Source: Roseococcus sp.
GTDB taxonomy: Bacteria; Pseudomonadota; Alphaproteobacteria; Acetobacterales; Acetobacteraceae
Reading direction: 5' to 3'
DNA length: 64,000 bases
Assembly: GCA_035998215.1 (NCBI GenBank)
Contig: DASYHU010000025.1
Span: 134,867-198,866, forward strand
Both the position numbers and the translations under genes were made by a program. Numbering within the stretch: position 1 is the first letter of the stretch; every line of letters starts with the position of its first letter. This document shows, in pieces, positions 1 through 8,891 of the stretch. A model generated the notes under the pieces. That model did no database searches, had not been told where the DNA came from, and saw only the letters and a list, made by a program, of their open reading frames with translations.

Positions 1-195
1 CAGATACAGCGGAAAGATCTGCGCCGCCCCCAGCAGCACCAGGGCCGTCAGCCCCGCCAGCAGTGCCCCCGCCAAGGGGAAGAACATCAGCCCGCGCGGC
101 AGGTCGCGCTGGAAGCGCGCCATCTCCTCCCCGGGCAGCGAGAGGCGGCTGAGGAAGCGCAGCGCCAGGGCTGCCGGCTGCACCCAGTCACGCAT
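1..195 (-). CDS. cobS: Adenosylcobinamide-GDP ribazoletransferase (cobalamin synthase), N-terminal fragment cut by the window edge
   Basis: My minus-strand translation from 195 reads MRDWVQPAALALRFLSRLSLPGEEMARFQRDLPRGLMFFPLAGALLAGLTALVLLG. The FLxRLxxP ... FPLxG pattern is typical of CobS/CobV N-termini. The start overlaps the cobT stop by 1 nt (TGATG). Confidence 0.75.
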   Translation of the reverse strand, partial: MRDWVQPAALALRFLSRLSLPGEEMARFQRDLPRGLMFFPLAGALLAGLTALVLLGAAQIFPLYL

Positions 196-1193
196 CAGCC
201 GGCCGCGACTTCCGCCAGTGTGGCCACCTCGGTCAGCAACGCGGCGGCGGCATCCAGCAGGGGCAGCAGCAGCGCCGCCCCGCTGCCCTCGCCCAGGCGC
301 AACTCCCAGTCGAGGAAGGGTTCGAGGCCAAGTGTGGCCAGCATCCGCGCATGGCCAGGCTCGGCCCCCACATGCGCGGCGATGGCACCGTCCAGCGCGC
401 CGGGGCTGAGGCGCTGGGCCACCAGCGCGGCCGCGCCGACGATCAGCCCGTCCAGCACCACCGTCAGCCGCCGCCGGCTGCCCTCCACGATGCATCCGGC
501 CAGTGCCGCGATCTCATACCCGCACAGGCCGGCGATGGCGGCGCGGAGGTCCGGCTCGGCCCGCGCGCGCGCCACGGCGGCGGCCACGATGGCGTGCTTG
601 CGGGCGAGGCTTTCCGGATTGGCGCCAGCGCCGGGGCCGACCATGGCCTCTGGCGCCTCGCCCGTCAGCAGCGCGCCCAGGGCGGCGGCGGCCGTGGTGT
701 TGCCGATGCCCATCTCGCCCAGCGCCAGCACCGCGATGCCCTGGGCGGCGGCCTCGGCCGCCACGCGCGCACCCAGCGCCCAGGCGGCCTCGAATTCGGC
801 CACCGGCATGGCCGGCCCCTGCGCGAGGCTGGCCGTGCCGCGCCCCACCCGCGCCTCGAGGAAGCCCGGCCCCGGCGCGATGCCCTCGGCCAGCGAACCC
901 GCATCCACCAGAAGGAATTCCGCCCCCGCCGCGCGGGCCAGCGCGCTGGCCGAGGAACGGCCTTCCCGCATCAGCCGCATCATCGCGCCCGTGACGGCGG
1001 AGGGCCACAACCCCACCCCATCCGCCACCACGCCATGATCGCCCGCGAAGATGACAAGGCGCCGGGGCCGCGTGCGGGGGTCGAGTTGCCCCTGGGTGGC
1101 GGCGAGGCGCAGCGCCAGCCGCTCCAGCTTGCCCAGGCTGCCGGGCGGCTTGGCGAGCGCATCCAGCCGCGCCTGGGCTTCGGGAAAGGGCAT
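195..1193 (-). CDS. cobT: Nicotinate-nucleotide--dimethylbenzimidazole phosphoribosyltransferase
   Basis: 332-aa ORF. LDALAKPPGSLGKLERLALRLAA ... VIFAGDHGV ... GEMGIGNTT are hallmark CobT motifs. It sits between cobS and bluB. Confidence 0.9.
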   Translation of the reverse strand: MPFPEAQARLDALAKPPGSLGKLERLALRLAATQGQLDPRTRPRRLVIFAGDHGVVADGVGLWPSAVTGAMMRLMREGRSSASALARAAGAEFLLVDAGSLAEGIAPGPGFLEARVGRGTASLAQGPAMPVAEFEAAWALGARVAAEAAAQGIAVLALGEMGIGNTTAAAALGALLTGEAPEAMVGPGAGANPESLARKHAIVAAAVARARAEPDLRAAIAGLCGYEIAALAGCIVEGSRRRLTVVLDGLIVGAAALVAQRLSPGALDGAIAAHVGAEPGHARMLATLGLEPFLDWELRLGEGSGAALLLPLLDAAAALLTEVATLAEVAAG

Positions 1194-1834
1194 CAGCGCA
1201 TCTCCAGCACGGCAGCGAGGCCTTGGCGTTGCTCCCAGCCCGCCGCGGCCAGCTCGGGCTCCTCGCCCGCCGCCTCGGGCCAGCCCAGGACCAGGTAGGC
1301 CACCAGCTCGGCACCCGGCGGCACGTCGAGGATGGCCTCGGCCACCGCCGGCCGCAGGATGGAGATCCAGCCCAGCCCCAGCCCCTCCACCCGCGCCGCC
1401 AGCCAGATCGTATGGATGGCGCAGACCACCGAATCACGCAGCGTCTCGGGCTGGGTCTGGCGGCCGAGGCCATGGCCCGCCACAGGGTCACGCGCGGCAC
1501 AGACCGCGAGGTGCACGGGCGCCTCGCGCAGCCCCTCCAGCTTCAGCGCGGCATAGCGGGCCGCCTGTTCGCCGGCATAGAGGCGGGATGCCTCGGCGTT
1601 GCTGGCCTCGAACTCGCGGCGGATGGCCGCGCGGCGGTCAGCGCTTTCCACCAGCAGGAAACGCCAGGGCTGCGACAGCCCGACCGAGGGGGCCAGCATC
1701 GCCATCTCCAGCAGGCGGGTGACCAGGGCGGGCGGCACGGGATCAGGGCGGAAGCGGCGTACATCGCGGCGCCAGCGCAGCAGTTCCGCGAAGCCGTCCC
1801 GGAAGGCAGGGGTCTCGAAGGCGGGCGTCAGCAT
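1193..1834 (-). CDS. bluB: 5,6-dimethylbenzimidazole synthase (nitroreductase fold)
   Basis: 213-aa ORF. RRDVRRF ... APSVGLSQPWRF ... is nitroreductase-like and matches BluB in size and in its position beside cobT. 1-nt stop/start overlap with cobT. Confidence 0.8.
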   Translation of the reverse strand: MLTPAFETPAFRDGFAELLRWRRDVRRFRPDPVPPALVTRLLEMAMLAPSVGLSQPWRFLLVESADRRAAIRREFEASNAEASRLYAGEQAARYAALKLEGLREAPVHLAVCAARDPVAGHGLGRQTQPETLRDSVVCAIHTIWLAARVEGLGLGWISILRPAVAEAILDVPPGAELVAYLVLGWPEAAGEEPELAAAGWEQRQGLAAVLEMR

Positions 1835-3144
1835 GGGGGCGCTTCCTCCGCGATCATGTGGAAGAAACTGCCCGAGACATGGCCGCGCCGCCCGCCGGCG
1901 GGGCCGAGGTCCCGCCCCTCGCCATCTTGCAGCGCCGCGAAGGGCGCGTCGGTCCCGGGGTTGGCCTCGGTCGCGTAGTGGAATTCATGGCCGCGCAAGT
2001 GCTGCCCGGCCGCGCCCAGCACCCCACCCGCCAGCAGCCGCGCGCGGCGATAGCCCAGGTGCAGCCGGCGCGTGGCGAAGCTGGTGGAATGGCCCAGCAA
2101 CCCCGTCATGGCATGGGTGGTGCCGGCCGCATCGGTCAGCGCCTGGCCCAGCACCATGTAGCCGCCGCACTCGCCATGCACGGGGCGGGTGGCGGCGAAA
2201 CCGGCCAGCCCCGCGCGGAAACGCGTGGCGGCGGAAAGCCGTGCCGCGTGCAGCTCCGGGTAGCCGCCGGGCAGCCAGCAGGCATCGCAATCCGCGGGCG
2301 GCGCCTCGTCGGCCAGGGGCGAGAAGGGCACCACCTCCGCCCCCGCCGCGCGCCAGCCGGCCAGCACATGCCCATAGACGAAGGAGAAAGCCGCATCCCG
2401 CGCGAGCGCGATGCGCTGCCCCGGCGGGCGCAGCGCCACCGCCCGGCCCGGGTGCAGGCGCACCGGCTGGGCCGCGGCCATGATCCCGTCCAGGTCCAGA
2501 TGCGCCTCGGCCATGGCGGCGAGCCGCGACAGCGCCTCGGCCAGGGCCGGGTGTTCCTCGGCCTGGACCAGGCCCAGGTGGCGCTCCGGCAGGCCGGGCG
2601 GCGCGTCCTTCGGGATGCCGCCCAGCACGGGAATGCCGAGCGGCGCCATCGCCTCCTCCACCAGGCGGCGGTGGCGCGGGCTGCCCAGGCGGTTCAGCAC
2701 CACGCCCGCGATCCGCACCGCGGGGTCATGGGTGGCGAAGCCGCGCAGCATGGCGGCCGCCGTCTGCGCCTGGCCGCCCACATCCAGCACCAGCAGCACA
2801 GGCAGCCCGTGCCGCGCGCAAAGATCAGCGGCCGAGCCGCGCTGCCCCTCCGGCCCCGGGATGCCGTCGAAGAGGCCCATGGCGCCCTCGGCCAGCAGCA
2901 GGTCGGCGCCCTGTGCGGTCTCGGCCAACAGGGCGTCGCGCAGTGCCTCCGGCATGGCCCAGCTGTCCAGGTTCATGCCCGGCCGGCCCGTGGCGGCGGC
3001 GTGGAAGCCCGTATCAATGTAGTCCGGTCCGATCTTCGCCGCGCGCACCGCCACGCCCCGCGCGGCCAGGGCCGCCAGCAGCCCCAGCGTCACCGTGGTC
3101 TTGCCCGCGCCGGAGCGCGGGGCGGCGATGACCAGGCCGCGCAT
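1828..3144 (-). CDS. cobB: Cobyrinic (hydrogenobyrinic) acid a,c-diamide synthase
   Basis: 438-aa ORF. N-terminal P-loop APRSGAGKTTVTLGLL and a C-terminal glutamine amidotransferase-like half (GECGGYM). This is the typical CobB/CbiA architecture. Confidence 0.9.
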   Translation of the reverse strand: MRGLVIAAPRSGAGKTTVTLGLLAALAARGVAVRAAKIGPDYIDTGFHAAATGRPGMNLDSWAMPEALRDALLAETAQGADLLLAEGAMGLFDGIPGPEGQRGSAADLCARHGLPVLLVLDVGGQAQTAAAMLRGFATHDPAVRIAGVVLNRLGSPRHRRLVEEAMAPLGIPVLGGIPKDAPPGLPERHLGLVQAEEHPALAEALSRLAAMAEAHLDLDGIMAAAQPVRLHPGRAVALRPPGQRIALARDAAFSFVYGHVLAGWRAAGAEVVPFSPLADEAPPADCDACWLPGGYPELHAARLSAATRFRAGLAGFAATRPVHGECGGYMVLGQALTDAAGTTHAMTGLLGHSTSFATRRLHLGYRRARLLAGGVLGAAGQHLRGHEFHYATEANPGTDAPFAALQDGEGRDLGPAGGRRGHVSGSFFHMIAEEAPPC

Positions 3145-3933
3145 TCAGGCCAGCAGCCGGCCGGCATGGGCCAGCAGGCGTTCGCGCACCGCCACGATGG
3201 CGCCGATGCCGATGATGGCGGGCGAGGGAATCTCCATCCCCGCCAGCGCATCGAGCCGCGTCACGATCACGGACTGGTCGGGCGTGGTCGCGCCCACCAC
3301 CACGGCGGCGGGGGTCTCGGGCGGCAGCCCGCCCTCCAGCAGCGCCGCCACGATGGCGGGCAGGGTGCGCGTCGCCATGTAGAGCAGGATGGGCTGGCCC
3401 GTGCGCGCCAGCGCCGCCCAGTCCGGCGCCTGCGAGGTGTCGGCGGCGTGGCCGGTGGCGAGGATGATGGCCTGGTTGGTCTCGCGCATGGTGGCCGGGA
3501 TGGAGGCCGCCGTCATCGCCGCGAGGCCCGAGGTCAGGCCGGGCAGCACCCGGAAGGGGATGCGGGCCTCGGCCAGCGCCACCGCCTCCTCCCCGCCGCG
3601 GCCGAACACGAAGGGGTCGCCGCCCTTCAGGCGCAGCACGCGCCGCCCGGCGCGGGCCTCGGCCACGAGCAGGGCCGTGATTTCCACCTGGCGGGCCGAG
3701 GGCCGGCCGCCGCGCTTGCCCACGAAGACGAGATCGGCGCCGGGGCGGGCCAGGGCCAGCACCTCCGGCTCGATCAGCGCGTCATGGATGATGACGTCGG
3801 CCTGGCCCAGCGCGCCCAGCACCTCCAGCGTCAGCAGTCCGGGATCGCCGGGGCCGGCGCCGGCCAGCCAGACCTCGCCCGGCGCCATGACGGGGCCGCG
3901 GGCGAGCAGCGCGGCAAGGGCGTCGGCGTTCAT
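3145..3933 (-). CDS. cobA: Uroporphyrinogen-III C-methyltransferase (SUMT)
   Basis: 262-aa ORF. GAGPGDPGLLTL ... LKGGDPFVFGRGGEE ... are tetrapyrrole methylase family motifs. The length fits stand-alone CobA. Confidence 0.9.
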   Translation of the reverse strand: MNADALAALLARGPVMAPGEVWLAGAGPGDPGLLTLEVLGALGQADVIIHDALIEPEVLALARPGADLVFVGKRGGRPSARQVEITALLVAEARAGRRVLRLKGGDPFVFGRGGEEAVALAEARIPFRVLPGLTSGLAAMTAASIPATMRETNQAIILATGHAADTSQAPDWAALARTGQPILLYMATRTLPAIVAALLEGGLPPETPAAVVVGATTPDQSVIVTRLDALAGMEIPSPAIIGIGAIVAVRERLLAHAGRLLA

Positions 3934-3977
3934 GTCGGGCCTATCGCGGGGCAGGGCGCCGCGCTACCGAAGCCGGC

Positions 3978-5078
3978 ATGGATGAGGGCAAGACGCTGCG
4001 CCGCGGCTGGACCACGGGCGCCTGTGCCACGGCCGCGGCCAAGGCCGCCTATGCCGCGCTGGTGCATGGCGACTTCCCCGACCCCGTGACCATCCGCCTG
4101 CCTGGGGGCGAGACGCCCGCCTTCGCCCTGGCCCGCGCCGAGCGCGTGGCGGGCGGCGCGCTGGCCGCCGTGGTGAAGGATGCGGGCGACGACCCCGACG
4201 TGACCCATGGCGCGCTGATCCTGGTGACGGTGCGGCCGTTGGCGCCCGGCGCGGGGCTGCGCTTCCGCGCGGGGCCGGGCGTGGGTACCATCACCCGTCC
4301 CGGCCTGCCGCTGCCGCCCGGCGAGCCCGCCATCAACCCCGGCCCCCGCGCCATGATCCGCGCGGCGCTGGAGGAGATCTCGCCCGCCCCCGACGCCGAG
4401 GTGGAAATCGCCATCGCCGATGGCGAGCGCCTGGCCGAACGCACGCTGAACGGGCGGCTCGGCATCCTGGGCGGGCTGTCGGTGCTGGGCACCACGGGCA
4501 TCGTCATTCCCTACTCCTGCGCCGCCTGGATCGATTCCATCCATCGCGGCGTGGATGTGGCCCGCGCCATGGGCGTGGCCCATGTGGCGGGCAGCACCGG
4601 CAGCGCGTCCGAGGCCGCCATCCAGAAGCTGCACGGCCTGCCCGATGTGGCGCTGCTGGAGATGGGCGATTTCGTGGGCGGCATGCTGAAATACCTCCGC
4701 CGCCACCCCATCCCGCGCGTGACCGTGGCGGGGGGTGTCGCCAAGATGACCAAGCTGGCCCAGGGCCGGCTCGACCTGCATTCCAAGCGCGGCGAGGCGG
4801 ACCTGGCCGCGCTCGGTGCCCTGCTGCCCGATGCGGCGCTCTCCGCGCGCATCGCCGCCGCCAACACGGTGGCCGAGGCCTTCCACATCGCCGAGACGGC
4901 CGGCCAGCCGCTGGGCCATGCCATCGCCGCCCGCGCCTGGGCGGTCGCCGCCGAGGCGTTGTATCCCGCGCCCACCGAGCTGGAAGTCGTGGTCTTCGAC
5001 CGCACGGGCCGGCTGGTGGGCCGGGCGGATTTCGCTTCGGTGGATCACAGCCCCTCCCTGCCCCGGAACCGGCGCTGA
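3978..5078 (+). CDS. cbiD: Cobalt-precorrin-5B (C1)-methyltransferase family protein
   Basis: 366-aa ORF. The N-terminus [18 protein letters not shown] and the later [15 protein letters not shown] are characteristic of CbiD. The 3' end overlaps the convergent cobM by 34 nt. Confidence 0.9.
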   Translation: MDEGKTLRRGWTTGACATAAAKAAYAALVHGDFPDPVTIRLPGGETPAFALARAERVAGGALAAVVKDAGDDPDVTHGALILVTVRPLAPGAGLRFRAGPGVGTITRPGLPLPPGEPAINPGPRAMIRAALEEISPAPDAEVEIAIADGERLAERTLNGRLGILGGLSVLGTTGIVIPYSCAAWIDSIHRGVDVARAMGVAHVAGSTGSASEAAIQKLHGLPDVALLEMGDFVGGMLKYLRRHPIPRVTVAGGVAKMTKLAQGRLDLHSKRGEADLAALGALLPDAALSARIAAANTVAEAFHIAETAGQPLGHAIAARAWAVAAEALYPAPTELEVVVFDRTGRLVGRADFASVDHSPSLPRNRR

Positions 5079-5809
5079 TAGTCGGGCGCGTAGAGGGCGC
5101 TCTCGCGGAAATCCTCGGGCGCGAGCGCAGGCCCCACCAGGATCAGCGCCGTGCGCTCCACGCCGGCCGCCGCGACCTGGGGCGCGATGTCCGACAGCGT
5201 GCCGCGGAACACCTGCTCATCGGGCCAGGAAGCGCGGACCACCACGGCGGCGGGGCAACCCGCGCCGTAGAAGGGCGCCAGTTCCTCCACGATGCGCGCC
5301 AGCTGCGGCACCGCCAGGTGGATGGCCAGCGTGGCCCCCGTGGCCGCGAAACCCGCCAGCGTCTCGCCCTCCGGCATGGGCGAGGCCCGGCCCGGCACAC
5401 GCGTCAACACCACCGACTGCGCCAGCGCGGGCACGGTCAACTCCCGCCCCAATACCGCGGCGGCGGCGGCAAAGGCCGGCACGCCGGGGGTGAGGCTGAC
5501 GGGAATGCCCCGCGCCTCCAACCGCCGCTTCTGTTCGGCGATGACGGAATAGATCGAGAGGTCCCCGGAATGCAGCCGCGCCACGTCCTGCCCCGCTTCA
5601 TGGGCGGCGACACATTCGGCCTCGATCTCGTCGAGGCTCATGGGCGCCGTGTCCACCAGCCGCGCGCCGGGCGGGCAATGGACCAGCATCTCGCGCGGGA
5701 TGATGGAGCCGGCGTAGAGGCAGACGGGGCAGCGCGCCAGGATGTCGCGCCCGCGCAGCGTCAGCAGGTCGGCCGCACCTGGCCCGGCGCCGATGAAATG
5801 GACGGTCAT
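5045..5809 (-). CDS. cobM: Precorrin-4 C11-methyltransferase
   Basis: 254-aa [21 protein letters not shown] ... [10 protein letters not shown] ... [11 protein letters not shown] are CobM/CbiF-type tetrapyrrole methylase motifs. Confidence 0.9.
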   Translation of the reverse strand: MTVHFIGAGPGAADLLTLRGRDILARCPVCLYAGSIIPREMLVHCPPGARLVDTAPMSLDEIEAECVAAHEAGQDVARLHSGDLSIYSVIAEQKRRLEARGIPVSLTPGVPAFAAAAAVLGRELTVPALAQSVVLTRVPGRASPMPEGETLAGFAATGATLAIHLAVPQLARIVEELAPFYGAGCPAAVVVRASWPDEQVFRGTLSDIAPQVAAAGVERTALILVGPALAPEDFRESALYAPDYQRRFRGREGL

Positions 5810-6207
5810 GACAGGCGCTCCGCCAGGGCGCAGGTGACGGCCCGCCCGGCGGCGACGCGCGGACCCAGCAGCACGGCCCCCTCCCCCGCCCCGGCCAGCG
5901 CCGCGGCCTCGGCCAGGGAGGGCAGGCCGGTGGCCTCCAGGGCGCGCACGGAACGGGTGAGTCCATGCGGGGCGGCGGCGTGCAGCGCGGCCTCGGACAG
6001 GGCCAGCAATTCCAGCCCCAGCGTCGCGGCGGCATCGCGCAGGCCGGGTTCCTCCGCCTTGGCGGCGCTGGTGGCCAGCCGGGCCAGCGCCGCGCCCTCA
6101 CGCCCCGCCGCCACCAGCGCGCCCGTGATGGCCGCCAGCACATCCTCCGCCGCCGCGCCACGCCGGCAGCCCAGCCCCGCCACCATCATGGCTTGCGCCA
6201 GGCCCAT
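5806..6207 (-). CDS. cobE: Cobalamin biosynthesis protein CobE (CbiG C-terminal-domain-like)
   Basis: 133-aa ORF with [18 protein letters not shown] near the N-terminus, small size, and a position between cobL and cobM. The true start may be one of the internal Met codons at 6189 or 6186. The 6186 codon would form an ATGA overlap with the cobL stop. Confidence 0.65.
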   Translation of the reverse strand: MGLAQAMMVAGLGCRRGAAAEDVLAAITGALVAAGREGAALARLATSAAKAEEPGLRDAAATLGLELLALSEAALHAAAPHGLTRSVRALEATGLPSLAEAAALAGAGEGAVLLGPRVAAGRAVTCALAERLS

Positions 6208-7406
6208 TGGGTCACGGGCATGGCGGGGCGCCAGCCGGTCATGCTGCCCACCGCCTCCGCGCGGGAGAGGTTGAACCGCAACAGTTCACCGCCCAGCGCG
6301 GCGTGGCGGGCCAGCAGGAGCGCCTCGGTCTGCAGCGTCACGGCATGGGCCACGAAGACGCCGCCAGGCTTGAGGGCTTCCAGCGCCGCCTCGAACACGC
6401 CCGGATCATTCGCGCCGCCGCCCAGGAAGATGGCATCGGGCGCCGGCAGGCCCGTGAGCGCGGCGGGCGCCTCGCCCACCACCAGGCGCAGCCCCGGAAC
6501 GCCCAGCGCCGCGGCATTGATGGCGGCGCGCGCGGCACGGTCCGCCCGCGCCTCGATGCCGATGGCGCGGCAGGCGGGGTGCGCCAGCATCCATTCGATG
6601 CCGATGGAGCCGGCGCCCGCCCCCACATCCCACAACAGCCCGCCCGGGAAGGGCCGCAGGGCGGAGAGGGCCAACGCCCGCGCCTCCCGCTTCGTGAGCT
6701 GCCCGTCATGCTGGAAGAGCGCGTCGGGCAGGCCAGGGGCGCGCGGCAGCCAGGTGGCCTCGGGGGAGGCCACCACCTCCACGGCCAGGGTGTTCAGCGG
6801 GTGCGGCGCGTCCAGCGCGAAACCCGAGGCGCGGGCGTTGCGCTGCCGTTCCTCGGGTCCGCCCAGCGCCTCCAGCAAGGTCAGCCGGCTTTCCCCGAAG
6901 CCCGCGCCCGCCAGCAGGGCCGCGATGGCGGCGGGCGCCTCGGTGCCGCTGGTCAGCAGGATCAGCCGCGCGCCGGGGTGCAGGTGCGGACGCAGCAGGG
7001 CGATGTCGCGTCCGTGCAGGGAGAGTGTCGTCACCTCCGCCAGTGCCCAGCCCAGCCGCGCGGCGGCGAGGCTGGCGGCGGAGGCTTGCGGAAACACCCG
7101 CGCCTCATGGGCCGGGATCTCGCGCAGCAGGCTGGCCCCGGCGCCGTGCCACATGGGGTCGCCCGAGGCCAGCACCGCCACGCGCCGCCCGCGCAGGGCC
7201 AGCACGGGGGCGATGCTGAAGGGCGAGGGCCAGGGGTGCCCCTCACCCGTGATTCCCCCGGCCGCGAGGCGCAGATGGCGCGTGCCGCCAAAGACGACCT
7301 CGGCCCCGGCCAGGGAGGCGAGGGCCGCCGTGCCCAGCCCCGCCAACCCGTCCTCGCCGATGCCGATGATGGACAACCACGGCGCGGCGCGCGAAGCCTC
7401 ATCCAT
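6186..7406 (-). CDS. cobL: Precorrin-6Y C5,15-methyltransferase (decarboxylating)
   Basis: Within the 448-aa ORF, the CobL-like sequence begins at MDEASRAAPWLSIIGIGEDGLAGL (ATG at 7406). It has an N-terminal tetrapyrrole methylase half and a C-terminal class I methyltransferase half (LWDVGAGAGSIGIE). Confidence 0.85.
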   Translation of the reverse strand: MDEASRAAPWLSIIGIGEDGLAGLGTAALASLAGAEVVFGGTRHLRLAAGGITGEGHPWPSPFSIAPVLALRGRRVAVLASGDPMWHGAGASLLREIPAHEARVFPQASAASLAAARLGWALAEVTTLSLHGRDIALLRPHLHPGARLILLTSGTEAPAAIAALLAGAGFGESRLTLLEALGGPEERQRNARASGFALDAPHPLNTLAVEVVASPEATWLPRAPGLPDALFQHDGQLTKREARALALSALRPFPGGLLWDVGAGAGSIGIEWMLAHPACRAIGIEARADRAARAAINAAALGVPGLRLVVGEAPAALTGLPAPDAIFLGGGANDPGVFEAALEALKPGGVFVAHAVTLQTEALLLARHAALGGELLRFNLSRAEAVGSMTGWRPAMPVTQWAWRKP

Positions 7407-8163
7407 GCGACCCCACCTCCTCCTGCTGGGCGGCACCACCGAGGCGCGCCTTGTGGCCGAGCGCCTGGCCGCGCGCGATGACCTCGACGTGACCCTCTCG
7501 CTCGCCGGGCGCACGCAAAGCCCGCTGGCCATGCCCGTGCCGGTGCGGGTGGGCGGCTTTGGCGGCGCGGAGGGGCTGGAGGCCTGGCTGCGCGAACACC
7601 GCGTGGCGGCGCTGCTGGACGCGACCCACCCCTATGCCGCGCGCATCTCGGCCCATGCGGCCCTGGCCGCGCGGCGCGCGCGCGTGCCCCTGCTGTGCCT
7701 GGCGCGCCCCGCCTGGGCGCCGGAACCCGGCGATGACTGGCGCCCCGTGGCCGATGTCGCCGCCGCCTGCGTGGCGCTGGGCACCGCCCCCCGGCGCGTG
7801 TTCCTGGCGCTGGGGCGGCAGGAGGTGGCGGGCTTCGCCGCCGCCCCCCAGCACCGCTACCTGATCCGCAGCGTGGACCCCATCACCCCGCCCCCGCCCA
7901 TGCCGGAGGTGACGGCCATCACCGCGCGCGGCCCGTTCACCCTGGCGGATGAGGCGCTTCTGCTGGACACGCACCGCATCGAGGTCATCGTCTGCAAGAA
8001 CAGCGGCGGCACGGCCAGCCACGCCAAGCTGCTGGCCGCCCGCGCGCGCGGCCTGCCGGTGCTGATGCTGCAACGCCCGGCGCCGCCCGAGGCTCCGCAG
8101 GTCGCCACGGTGGCGGCCGCGCTGGAATGGCTGTCTCATGCGCTGAAGCTGCGCGGCGTATAG
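7405..8163 (+). CDS. cobK: Precorrin-6A reductase
   Basis: In frame with ORF 5965..8163. MRPHLLLLGGTTEARLVAERL ... DATHPYA ... KNSGG are typical CobK/CbiJ motifs. Its ATG (7405-7407) shares 2 nt with the divergent cobL ATG (7404-7406). Confidence 0.85.
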   Translation: MRPHLLLLGGTTEARLVAERLAARDDLDVTLSLAGRTQSPLAMPVPVRVGGFGGAEGLEAWLREHRVAALLDATHPYAARISAHAALAARRARVPLLCLARPAWAPEPGDDWRPVADVAAACVALGTAPRRVFLALGRQEVAGFAAAPQHRYLIRSVDPITPPPPMPEVTAITARGPFTLADEALLLDTHRIEVIVCKNSGGTASHAKLLAARARGLPVLMLQRPAPPEAPQVATVAAALEWLSHALKLRGV

Positions 8164-8891
8164 GTCAGCGGCGGCAGACCCGGCCGCGCCACCACCCGGG
8201 TCTGCCGCGTGCCGATGATGATGCAGCTCGCCATGCTGGCGGGCTGGGCGGCGGCTTCCGCCAGCGGGGCGATCACCACCTGTTCCGCCGCGCGCGCCAC
8301 GGCATGGCCGAAGATGACCGGCACCTCGGGCGGCAGATGGCGCGAGAGGCAGGCGAAGGCCGCGGCCAATTGCCAGGGCCGCGCGCGGCTGATGGGGTTG
8401 TAGAGCGCGATGGCGAAGCCCGCGCCGGCGGCGGCGGCGAGTCGCTGCTCCACCACCTCCCAGGGCTTGAGGTTGTCCGAGAGCGAGATGGCGCAGAAAT
8501 CATGCCCGAGCGGCGCGCCGGCCCGTGCCGCCAGCGCCAGCATGGCGGTGATGCCCGGATGGACCTGCACCTCCAGCACGCGCCATTGCGGCGGCCCCTG
8601 TTCGATCGCCTCGCACACCGCCGCCGCCATGGCGAAGACGCCGGGGTCCCCGCCGGTCACCATGGCCACGCGGGCACCCGCGGCGGCGGCGTCCAGCGCG
8701 GCGGCGGCGCGGGCCAACTCCTCGCGGTTGTCGCTGGCGTGGCGGACTTGCCCGGGATGTGGCGGCACGCGGTCGAGATAGGGGCCGTAGCCGTAGAGCG
8801 CCTCTGCCGCCGCCAGCACCGCGCTGGCGGCAGGCGTCACCAGCGCCGCCTCGCCCGGCCCGATGCCCACCACGTCCAGCCGCCCGCTCAT
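8136..8891 (-). CDS. cobJ: Precorrin-3B C17-methyltransferase
   Basis: 251-aa ORF. VVGIGPGEAALVTP ... VTGGDPGVFAMA ... HDFCAISLSD ... are CobJ/CbiH motifs. 28-nt convergent overlap with cobK. Confidence 0.9.
   Translation of the reverse strand: MSGRLDVVGIGPGEAALVTPAASAVLAAAEALYGYGPYLDRVPPHPGQVRHASDNREELARAAAALDAAAAGARVAMVTGGDPGVFAMAAAVCEAIEQGPPQWRVLEVQVHPGITAMLALAARAGAPLGHDFCAISLSDNLKPWEVVEQRLAAAAGAGFAIALYNPISRARPWQLAAAFACLSRHLPPEVPVIFGHAVARAAEQVVIAPLAEAAAQPASMASCIIIGTRQTRVVARPGLPPLTYTPRSFSA

Noticed and set aside
1858-4089. A 743-aa plus-strand ORF, with many similar very long ORFs such as 13081..15234, 33970..36192, 43981..46380, 56873..60388 and 61871..63763.
   Set aside because: They run antisense to, or out of frame with, genes that have unmistakable conserved motifs. 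They translate to Arg/Gly/Ala/Pro/His-rich low-complexity strings. These are typical shadow ORFs of very GC-rich DNA.
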